Assembly (NCBI RefSeq): GCF_009914755.1
Contig: NC_060945.1
Length of the DNA stretch: 64,000 nt
Direction: 5' to 3' (one strand)
Source of the DNA: the human T2T-CHM13v2.0 reference genome, Homo sapiens
Shown: piece by piece, positions 52,931 to 64,000 of the stretch
Layout of the letters: every line of letters starts with the position of its first letter
How positions within the stretch are numbered: position 1 is the first letter of the stretch
Notes under the pieces: generated by a model
The model's database searches: none
What the model was told of the DNA's origin: nothing
The model's input: the letters and a program-made list of their open reading frames with translations, nothing else
Made by a program: the position numbers and the translations under genes

Positions 52931-55371
52931 GTAGAGTGGCAGACAAATTCCCATTTAATATTTGTGTTTCAACTGCCTCTCCCTTTACCCTTGAGAAAAA
53001 AAGGCAATGCATTTTTTTTTTCCTTCAGAATAATTTCCAAGGAGCAGCATTAGGGGTGTGAATGGTACTTAAAGTGTGTGGATTTAAAGTAGACAGAAGA
53101 ATCAATATATTCTCCTCAGCAGTGCCAGTCCCAGCTCCCACACTGATCTGCTGTAAGGATGTTGCCTCTATCCCAAGCCCCATTTTAGTGCAACAATTTG
53201 GAAACTGACGGGAATGTGGGGGGCCAATAGGAACCGTGTCTTGATTAGACATGTGCTGGCCTGAGAGACAACATTCTCTTCTGCCAGGATGTTGGGGCCC
53301 AATGGTTGGGGCCTTCCTGCTCTCTGAAATAGAGTTTAGGTTCTGGCTTTGGAGTGAATCAGGAAAATGGCAGAACCCTTCAAATTCACTTTCAAAGAGA
53401 CATAGAATATTGACAATGTGACATTCTCTAACAAACAAAATGTTTCCATTGATAACCACAAATTACTCAGCGATCTGCCAAGGAACCATTGATTTAGCCC
53501 AAATTTCTAAGGCCACTCCCCTCACCTAAATGGTTATTTCATTAAACTTAGAGCGAAAGGGTAGCATTAGATATGCTAAGCTTTACTCTTAACATAGATA
53601 CCAAGAAGGGACAGTTTTTGACGCAAATCTTTATTTGGGTTGACAAGAGCCACAAAGAAACTCATTCTGTAAGTGAGCTTCTACAAAGTGTCACTAGTGA
53701 CTGCCGCACCCTGTGTATGTTCCATCATGTTTTCAAGCTTTTATTAAAAATGGTTAATGGGTAGAGGGAAACATCCCTCTATTTTGACAGCAGGAAATTA
53801 AAAACATGAATCCAACTTGGAAATCCATCAGATGACCTGTTTAAATGTCTTAATTTTTCGAGATAGATGGTACCAAGTGCTATGTTTTCTTGCCACTTGA
53901 AGGTAGAACTGATGTTTTAGGCAACATCCAAGCAATGTCTCGTTCAATGCCACATAAGCAAGACTGTAAGTTCTGCCATCTCTTGATTCACATCACCATT
54001 TGGAGGATGGGGGTCTTAAATTTCTCTGTCACAAGGAGGGGCCCAGGGATTGGCTGAGTTGCAGAATGAAGGAGTATGCAGGAATGAACCACGGCGGATG
54101 AGTCCATAAGACAGAATCCTGGAGGAGAACCAGGAAATCAAACCCTCAAGGTGGGCTGTGTGGATCTGGGACAAGCCGGGAGAGAAGCAGGGGCCACCGT
54201 ACGCCCCTTGGGCCTCTCTAGCAGGCAGGTGCTCGCCCCTGAGAACCTAGATCCTCTCAGACGAGAGTGGGCAGGAAGAGAGGTGGGAGGGGTGGGGGGA
54301 TACAACATAGTGAAAATTTAAAAAATTGATACGTGATTTTGGGATAAAAGCAGAAACACTATTGGATGAGCTAGAACAGAGCTCCCCAGGCCCACAGACA
54401 AATGGTCTAATAGATTAAATGGTGACACTTTGATAATCATTATAAAGAAGTTTTTCATAGAACTGTTACCTTTTGGTAGTCTGGCTTCCTCATGCCCTCC
54501 CTCCAGCGGTACCCACTTTCTTCCCTCAACCTGAACTCATTCCTGCAGAAATACTTTTCACGCTTTTCATTTCTTCCATGTGCCCACTATCTTCATTCAA
54601 TTATTTACCATTTTTTTTTTAAAAAAACAAACATTGGAACAAATATAATAAAACTTCTTTACATTGATTATCTAAACATTGACATTTAATCCCCTAGCCT
54701 TTTTGTCTAACAGTTTTGTGTTGTGCCAGCCACTGGGCAAATGGTGCCTTCCTGCCAGAGGGGCGTGGGAAGTAAGAAAGTGCTGAGAAGGTTCTGGAGG
54801 GAGAAAGGCCCCTCCTGGGACAGAGGTGGTGTTCCCCACACTGCAGCCTCAGATACCTGTGGGCCCTGAGTTTTCCTGAAGGCACTTTCTGCTGCTGTGG
54901 AGGTGACGATTGGACCCATGGATGGCCGGCTGTGTGTTTATCTTAGTGCTTCTCACCAGGACAGCCTCCCATCACCTTCACTCAGACCCTTGACCTCCTC
55001 CACCTTGATGGTTCTTTTAGTGAGGACAAGCTCACACGTTCAAATAGAGAAGGGGCATGGCCAGCTTTGGAGAAAGAGTACTGTTAGCATTTTTGGTATC
55101 TTTCAATACTGCCTGACTGTGGAATAAGAAGCCACATTTTACATATAGGGATTTTGCCTTACATAACTTTAGATAAAGCACCATCGATCAAGCTACATGT
55201 GTGGCCCTTACAACATTTTAGTCTGCAAAAAGTCAGGTTCTCTATTCCAGGTGTCAGCGGTGTGTCGGGGAACTTATGTGGAGGCTACAGACTTTTAGTG
55301 ATGATGAAAACATTGTGTCCCTTTATTATTGCTCTGATTTGGTCCAAGAAGAATAGAAGTACTTTGCGTAA

Positions 55372-55747
55372 TGTCATGGACTGAATTGTGCACCCCCCAA
55401 GTTCCTATGCTGAAGCCCTAACTCCCAATGTGACTGTACTTAGAGGAGGTCCCAAAGGTGAAACGTCCCACTGTCTACTCATTGTATTGTATCAGGTGGG
55501 GAACCTGATCCAGTAGTTCCAGAAGAGACACAAAAGAGGGCTCCTTCTCTCTGTGCCTGCACAGAGGAAAGGCCCCGTGAAGATAGAGTGGGAAGGCCTT
55601 CATGCTAGGAAGAAGGCCCTCACCAGGAACCCAAGCTACCTCTATCTGGGACTTCCAGCCTCCAGACTGTTAGTAAATAAATATCTGTTGTTTAAGCTGC
55701 CTAGCCTATGATATTTTGTTATGGCAGCCTGAGCTGACTAATATACA
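55372..55747 (+). mobile_element. MLT1A-like MaLR solo LTR
   Basis: TG..ATGGACTGAATTGTG..CCCC start; GGACTTCCAGCCTCCAGACTGT..AAATAAAT..GCTGACTAATATACA end. Confidence 0.85.
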
Positions 55748-56439
55748 CAGCATATAACACAGCCAATTTCAGGGGTGGTGCTATGGAGAGAGTAGCCCCT
55801 AGGGTAGGGACCTAAAAAGCACCAGGAATGAAGTGAGCATGCACACCATAATGATGCACAATCTTGCTGCATGCCCAATAAATTTGATTCCAGGCATTGT
55901 TGCAACCACAAGGGAGACCTGGCTTGTTACAGAACTTAACAGTGTCCATCCCATAAAAGGAAATCAATGGCTAAGCAAAAGTCCAACTATTCTTAGTGCT
56001 GTGACATGAAGAAATTTCCCCAGAGAGTTTGCAACAAGGCAGCTGGTGGGGAAGTTAACACCACCTTCTAGCAGACACAGGGTCAGTTTCACAGGGCTGG
56101 TTTTTACATTATGCAGCTCAATAAAAGTAGTGGGCTTCTAAGTGTAGGGTGGCTCTTTGATCCTCCTGCAGGTGTTAAGAGCTGGGTCTGAGACTTCTGG
56201 AAGAATGCAGGAGCTGTGACTTTATGCAGACCTCCCTACATGTTTTCACTCCAGATCAACATGCTGGTAAGTATTGGAGTGAGGAGCTTGGGATTTCTCC
56301 CTGACAGTTTCTGGAAGGCAGTGTTTTTGAGCTATGAGTTTAGTTCAGATACGTGTACTTAGCAGCCAGTTAAGCTGGGCTAGAACCGACCTCTTTTGTA
56401 AATGGAGGGACCTGGTATGAATATCTTCTCGGTACACCA

Positions 56440-57560
56440 AGTGCCTATGTCTTGGCTTCTAAAGACCATTCCCTAGTAAAAGGAACAAGGAATCTTTGGA
56501 GAAATGTCTGACTCCAGAGCTGGAGCTGAAAAAGTCCAAGGTGAGCCTGTAACATCTTTTTGTGCCAGAAAAAAGGAAGAACACACAAAATGATTATGTT
56601 CAAAGGGCAAAGAGCCACTAGAAAGGGATCCCACTGGCCAGATCTGGGATAATGTGAGCATCACAAATAATATCAGTAGCAGATTATAACTCATTGAATA
56701 CAAGAGGAATCCATGAATCCATACTGATATAGATAGATCAATAGATAACTAAGGGAGGGGAAAAGCTCTTCCTTATAGCTGAAAGAGAACACATCAATGT
56801 AGAAAGAACCATGCATTCAGAGGTAACCATCGTAGAAATAACCGATTCAGGTTAGAATTATCGATGAATGCTAAAAGCAAAGTTTGAGGAGGAATAAGAT
56901 ATTTACATGGCCTCAAAGTAACTGCTCTGAGATACTTCTTACAAGGTGAAAACTAGTAATTTTAAAGTGAAGAAACCTGGCAGACACCACCTGAGCCAGA
57001 GATAGAAGTTAACATCATTCAAATTAGGAAAAGCTGACCTTATGTGCCTCCTGATATAATGCACTGGGAGGGACACAGCACCACTTTGTATTCTTGCCCC
57101 ACAGACATAACCTAAATCTAATCATGAAAAGAACATTAAAAACCTTAAGTTGAGGCACATGCTACAAAATAACTGCTCTATAGTCTTCAAAAAATTAATG
57201 TCATGAAAGATAAGGAAAGACAGAAGAATTCCACTAGATAATATGAGATTGAGAGACATGACAACAAAGTACGACCTGGGATTTCCTAGAATATAAGAAG
57301 AAATGGTTGGAAAAATTGGCAAAATCTGAATCAAGTCTGCAGATGCTACTATATCAGATTAGATATAGTAGCATTATGTCAATATGCATTTTCTGATTTT
57401 GAAAATCACACTGTGGTTTTGTAAGACTGTCTTCACTTTTACATAACTGCATCATGCCTACAGTTTACTTTCAAATGATTAAAAAAACTCACATGTATAC
57501 ATGCATTCACACATACATCTACATGTGTGTCTATATCTAGAGAGAATGATAGATGTGGTA
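56440..57560 (+). mobile_element. L1MC/MD-like 3' UTR fragment
   Basis: TAAAAGGAACAAGG..CTTTGGAGAAATG and GTGAAGAAACCTGGCAGACACCACCT..AACCTAAATCTAATCATGA. Confidence 0.75.
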
Positions 57561-58908
57561 AAATGTGGAAGATCATTCCTTCTGCCCCTAGCTCCTGAGG
57601 TAGCATGGCGAACAGGATCAATTTCATGATCTGAAATGAGTTAGCTGTGTTGAGCTTTTGTAGCCAGATTCACTCATCAAATTGTCCTCAATGAACTCTC
57701 CTGTGGTTTGGATCCACAGTCAGGCCAAGAGGTATCTTGACAGGCTCCCTAAATTGTCACCAACAGGTGCTGTGGTCTTCATGTGCTCAGCATGGTGCCA
57801 AGGGGAGGAGGGAGCGAGAAGACCATAAGACGATTGTTTGACCACCGTGTGGCTTAATTCTGCCTGGAGAAATGTCATTGACATGGGGGAAGTAGGAAAC
57901 AGAACAGGGGCCAATGGGGTGCTCCCCTTGCTGGGGAGAGCTAAACTGGTTTGAGGAGGGAGCACAGGATTGGCTGAACCCTGTGAGGCCTCATGGAAGA
58001 GGCAGAGCTTGCTTGGACCTTACAGGGTGTGAAGAATTTCGATTGGCTGGGGGAAAGGAGCCATAGAAAGTGGGGTGGGAAAGACAGAGAACAAAGCAAG
58101 CCGGGAAGAACCTGAGTATTCCCAATGTGTGTTTTCCAGGGAAAATCCATTCTAGAAGAAAACGACTTTGAGTTGAGAAATTTCATATGTGCTACTGGTA
58201 CTCAAGCGTTTGTTGCAATTATTCTGATCCAAGGTCCTGCCTATCAGCTGGATAGGAATTAAGCCAAACCACATCTTAGGGTCTTTGTGAGGGCTTCCCA
58301 CCAACCACATTTGGTTGGTTTGGTGATGAGAAAGTTCAAACAATATTCCTTGGGGGCCATGTTGGCAATAGTTGATCTGTGTGATTGGATGCATTTTCAA
58401 AGAGTTTGTTAATGGTGCCTTTCTGCATAGACAGTGTTCCACAATCGCCTGAGAGAGGATAAGGTTGTGTGGTGTGGATGTGTGATTTATATTTGTTGAT
58501 GGTACATTATTCTAAGTTACACTCAGTCTCCTAGGCAAATGGGGGTGGGAGAGAGAGGAGTTTGCACAAAGAGAGTCTCTTTTGGAGTGGGTGGAGTTTG
58601 GGACCTTTAACGTTCAAATGCATTTATGATAAGAATAAATGTCGGTGTGAGGAGTTGGGACACTTTAAGTAGTGGGAGTACTTTTCACCCAAAGAAAGAC
58701 AGAGCAAGCCCAAAAGGAAATGGGGGCATTGGTGCAAACACTCGTTAAACAAAGACACTCATGCTCTTTTATCATTTTCTTTGAAAACAGAATGTTAATA
58801 ATAGTACTGTTTACTGCGGGATCTCTGCTTTTGAACAGAAGTTCAATTTTATCTTCCTCCCAAAGGTCAGGAAACCTCATCTCCCCCTTATTTTCTCATC
58901 CAGGGAGA

Positions 58909-58934
58909 ATGCAAATGCAAATACACATGCAAAT
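58909..58934 (+). promoter_or_regulatory. Cluster of three perfect octamer motifs (ATGCAAAT)
   Basis: At 58909-58916, 58915-58922 (overlapping) and 58927-58934, in unique sequence. Function is inferred only. Confidence 0.5.
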
Positions 58935-59169
58935 GATCTCATCTCCTCATGGACTGTGGCCACTTCTGCCTGTCCAGGAGAAATGGATGCTGGCTGCCCT
59001 GCTTCTCCAGGCGGGGGCTGCCCTTGCTGCATCCTGGCAGTGATGATGCGGTGCCCACTCGAAGAGCGGTTCTGGCTGGGAGTGCGGGAGGGGGGCTCAT
59101 GGTCTTCCTGCTGTTCCCCTCCTCATCGAAAATGTTTTCTTATGTATATGATTCCATTCCATATTGTAT

Positions 59170-59875
59170 TGTAATTTGTTTTTATGTGAGGAAAGAATTA
59201 AAAATAGTTTTGACTTTTGTTGTTGTTGTTTGAGACAGGATCTCGCTCTGTTGCCCAGGCTAGAGTGCAGTGGCACCATCATAGCTCACTGCAGCCTTTC
59301 GACCTCCTGGACTCAGCTGATCCTCCTGCCCCAGCCTCTCTAGTAGCTGAGACCACAAACGAGCGCCACCATGCCCAGGTAATTTTTTTTTTTTTTTTTG
59401 AGACAGAGTCTTGCTCTGTCACCCAGGATGGAGTGCAGTGGCACGATCTTGGCTTACTGTAATCTTTACCTTCAGGGTTCAAATGATTCTCATGCCTCAG
59501 CCTCCTGAGTAGCTGGGATTATATGTGTGTGCCACCACGCTTGGCTAATTTTTTTGTATTTTTAGTAGAGATGGGGTTTCACCATCTTGGCCAGGCTGGT
59601 CTTGAACCCCTGGGCTCAAGCCATCCTCCTGCCTTGGCCTCCCAAAGTACTGGGATTTCAGGTGTAAGCCACGGCACCTGGCTAATTTTGCCATTTTAAA
59701 ATGGTTAAAAAAAAATCCAAAGTGAAGAATAATACTTTATGACATGTGAAAATGATATGTGTCCATAAACACAATTTATGGCAGAGTTGAGCTGTTGTGA
59801 CGGAGACTATCCACAAACCCTGAAATATTTACAATCTGGCCTTTTACAGGAAATTCTTTGCTTAATCCTTGCTCT
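59170..59875 (+). mobile_element. MER58B-like hAT MITE interrupted by Alu sequence
   Basis: CATTTTAAAATGGTT..GACATGTGAAAAT..GGCAGAGTTGAG..AAATATTTAC.ATCTGGCC.TTTACAG. Confidence 0.75.
59215..59683 (-). mobile_element. Three-armed Alu: full AluJb-like (59384-59683) plus an extra J-type right monomer (59215-59383)
   Basis: Two successive right arms, each with its own tail, and one left arm. Confidence 0.85.
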
Positions 59876-61409
59876 AAAATACCAGTTCCGTAAGGGCAGG
59901 ACTTTGTCCTTTTTATCTTTGTACAATGCCAGGCACATGGAAGGTTCTGGAAGGTCTTTGCCTGCAGATTGAGTACACCTCAGCTTCGGCCCCCTTGCCT
60001 GTTGAGTTTTTACCTTTCAAAAGGCCTTTTGCATAGTTTTGGAGGCTCATCCTTCCCACTCCTCCTCTATTACTGCAGGGGGAAGGGATACTTAGGGATA
60101 GAGCATTTTTTATTGATATGGATACCTCATATTCATATTAATTAGAAACTTCTGGAAAGCGACCACCCTTCCCATGTTTTGCTCTTCTGAGAGCCAGCTT
60201 GTTCCTCTGGCAGAGGGGAGGAGATTTGCCAGGGAAATCGGATAACATCAAAGGGAGTCCCTGAGCATGTAATTAGGTAGCATGAAAGCCTTGGGGCATG
60301 GCTGCTCTTGGAGTCCAATCTCCTGGCCTTGGAGAGTCTCTGTTGGACTAGACCCACTTTAAAAAGGGGCACAGGGATATTCCTAGTTGGCAGAGTCTCT
60401 TGAGTCTCTTGTGTGATTTTGAGACTGAAATCTGGGGACAAGTTTGCTTTTTGGATGTCCGCTTTAAACTCTCTGTATTTATGTCAGATGGAGTTTATAA
60501 GATGTGTGGTGAATACTGGGTGGGAGGGGAACCTATAGAATAGACTCTTAGTAAAATGTGTCTTTAATTTTTACATTAAATGACATGACAGCCTTCATAG
60601 GGAAGCCAGATGTTGCCCACAACTGGTAGAGCCCAGATTACATAGCGTCCGGTGGAAAGGAAACTCTTGAGGGTCTGAGACATATTTAGAAAGGCCACAC
60701 CTTATTTTTAGAAAAATCATTTATTTTTTTCATCCTTTTTATTGAGCACTGACCATGTGCCAGATTGTGTTACTTTCTGGGAACAGAAAAAAAAAAGGCA
60801 TAATCTTTATCCTCAAAAGTGTAGTCTGTTGAGGACACCCACATGTGGTCAGTCACCCATGAAACATCATGGAGATTTGCAGAAACTCAGCAGAAGCAGA
60901 GGGAGGACTTTTGAGAAAGGTTCCATAGGGGTGGCATTTGCAGGGAGATTTGTGGGCAGGAGTTATTGGAAAGGTAATGGAAAAGGGTATCCTAGGCAGA
61001 GACGATGTCACAGCACATGTGCAGGCCAGGGTTGAAATAATCCATGGCATATTCAGGAACGTCTGCAGCCTATGGAGGTAGTGGGGCAAAGGACAGGACA
61101 CCTGGAGAGGTGCCATGTCTGTGACAGGCAAAGGTGGTTGGTCTCTATTCTCTAGCTCCTCAGAAGCTATTGAGAATCTCTGAACCGGGGAGTTGAGGGG
61201 ATGAGATTTTTATGTTACAAAGTTTATTCTGACAATGATGAGGAAGGGAATTGCAAAAACGAGAGACTACATTTAGGGAGATCAGTATGGAGCATGGTAA
61301 TGGTCCAGCAGGAGGGCTTGGTGGCATGAACCAGGGCAGCGGCCAAGCCCCTGAGAGGAAAGGATGTTTGGGTACTAGAGACAGGTACAAGATGGAATGG
61401 ACAAGCTTA

Positions 61410-61585
61410 GCCAGGGCCGCCTCATATGGTTGTGCAGGATGTACACTGCACAACTCACCACATCTTAGGGGTACAGCTATATAGACCTATTCCACAGACT
61501 TCCCAGCAGATGGCAGTAGAGTGTCTTGAGGAGGGATGCCTTTTGCTCATTTGCATAAGAGAGCCTATGGTCTGGCAGCAGCCCC
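61410..61585. mobile_element. MER91-like hAT-Tip100 MITE containing a CTCF motif
   Basis: CAGGGCCGCC..GTTGTGCAGGATGTACACTGCACAA start and GCAGCCC end. Confidence 0.55.
61503..61516 (+). promoter_or_regulatory. CTCF core motif
   Basis: CCAGCAGATGGCAG matches the CTCF consensus. Confidence 0.65.
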
Positions 61586-62586
61586 ATGGGAATAGCTGGG
61601 CTGTGGAGCACGTGGGAGGGAAGAGCACAAGATGACGGCCAGGTCATTTCCGACCTGGGCACCTGGGAGACAAAGTTCCTTTCATCAAGATATGAAATGC
61701 ATGACAGGAAGCAAATCTGACTTTAGGACACATTATATTTTAGGGACTTGAGAGCCACCCCAATGGAGATGCCCAGGAGGACACAGCTGCCTGGGTCTGT
61801 AGCTTAGGAGAGAGGCATGGGGCTGTGCCTGTGGGAACTACCTCTATACTGACGGAGGTGGTGCCCAGAGGCAGGAAGAGATTGCCTGGGAAAATGTGCA
61901 GAAGGGAAGCATTGAGGGTGCAGGACAGAGCCCTGGGGAACCACCGAGGTTTTGAATTGCAGGTGGAGGAAGGGAACCTTGAAGGAGACAGGGAGGAGGC
62001 GGTTGGAACTGGTTGCCTGGAGTTATTCCCATTGCCAGAAGGTAGAGGCTTCAGGTTTGACCAAGACCAGGTTAACTTTTTGTGTGTGTGTGTGTGGCAA
62101 TTTTAAGTGACTCAAGACTTCTTTTCTATGTGCTTAAGAGAGCAGTCTGGTTTGTGACCACATAGGAGATTTCACTCATTTATTCCTCCTTTCATTCTCT
62201 CTGTACCTATGTATCCAGGGCCCGCTGTGGTCCAGGAACTGCTCTGGGTACTGAGAGGATAGCAATGAGCAAGACAAGGCCTTGCTCTCACAGAGCTTAC
62301 ATTCTAATTGGTAATAATTAAATTAATGACATAATGTCAGCTGGCCATGAGTGCCACACAGCATTGTATGACGCACAGTGGTCAGGGAGCTAGTTTCTTT
62401 TGGGTGATCAGAGAAGACCTCCTGAGCAAGATCTCTGTGCTCAGGATTGGAAACCCATGTGGCTGCAACATGTCAGTTGGGAAGAGGTTGGAGGTGAGAG
62501 CAGACAAGCAGGCAGGAGCCAGGCCAGGGGGATCTTATAGGCCAAAGATTTTTCCAAGTGCAGTGAAAATCCACTGGAGGGTTTTA

Positions 62587-63006
<420 letters not shown>

Positions 63007-64000
63007 TCACGGCCTCCACATTATGACAACTTAATCTGGGATGGTGGCCATAGAGACAGACATATTTTGGAAGTAATACCCATAGGATTTCCATGGTAAG
63101 GGACTGAGATGAATCTCCGATGACGCTGTAGTTTTTGACTTGAGTCACAGTATGGCTCAGGATAACATTTATGGCCCTGGGGAAGATGAAGAGCCGAACA
63201 GCCTCTAGAGGACTTGGGAAATCTCTAGCTTCTGCTTTGGCCATACTGGTTGTACAAGCTTGTTAGGCCACGTATGCATTTAAATCTTTGAGTGCAGAGC
63301 TCAGGGGAGAGGTTAGTACTGAAGATAGAAATTTAGTGTCACATAGAAAAAGATGGTAATTAAAGACAAGGGCTGAAGTCGCTGAGAAGGAAAGTAGGGG
63401 ACAGGACTCTGGTTGGAATAGGCTCTGAGGCATTTTGGGAAGAGGAGAATAGCTTGCAGAAGAGAATGGAAAGGCACTCTTATTGAGGTAGGAGGGAAAG
63501 CAGTAGGGGAGTCATGAGTGCCAAGGAAGAAAGTGCTGGAGAGGGAGGCTGCGGTCAAGTGCGCTAATGATGTGGAGAGGCCAGGGAACCCAGGAACAGT
63601 GGAGTGGTCTTTGGATCTGGCGGGATGGACGTTGTTGGTGAGTTTTGGTGGTGTGGTGGGAAGGGAAGCCCATTTGAGATGGGAAGTAAGAAAGTGGCGA
63701 AGGAGAGGACAGGTGATTCTTTCTAGAAGTCCTGAGAGAAAGAGAGCTGAGAAATGGGAAACTACTAGAAAGGGACATGGCACCAAAAGAAGTATAGTTT
63801 TGTTTTTCTTTGTTTGTTCTTTGAGGTGGTGGATATTAGGGAATGTTTTGATGTTGATGGAAATAGAACTATTAGGAAAAATTGGTGATGGAGGAAAGAA
63901 AGAGGATGGTTGTAGTCCAAAAGTCTTTGAGTAGGCTGAGGGAATGGGAGTTGGAGATGGCCCTTGATGGAACAGGGCTCCACAGCAACAGGGGGGAAGA

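Overview
This is human genomic DNA. It contains an AluYa5 with all five human-specific diagnostic bases, plus AluY and a truncated SVA. The window looks intergenic or deep-intronic, and roughly half is recognisable transposable-element debris: Alu, L1, L2, MIR, MaLR/ERV solo LTRs, hAT MITEs and one SVA. I cannot support any protein-coding exon, RNA gene or gene name. All listed ORFs are explained by Alu, L1, simple repeats or chance. Likely regulatory elements are an orphan CpG island with a near-consensus CTCF site (~35.6-36.0 kb), a second CTCF site inside a MER91-like element (61.5 kb), and three perfect POU octamers within 26 bp (58.9 kb). The most unusual structures are local templated-insertion scars that interrupt old repeats. 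One is a 105-bp inverted copy (12210-12314 from 13647-13750, ~95% identical) preceded by a perfect snap-back hairpin. Another is a 175-bp direct copy (42683-42857 from 45105-45279, ~85% identical) inside an MLT1 LTR. A third is a MER20 split by foreign sequence carrying a G-rich 15-bp VNTR. I see no evidence of a new multi-gene system. Repeat subfamily names come from my memory of consensus sequences, and boundaries of old repeats are approximate.
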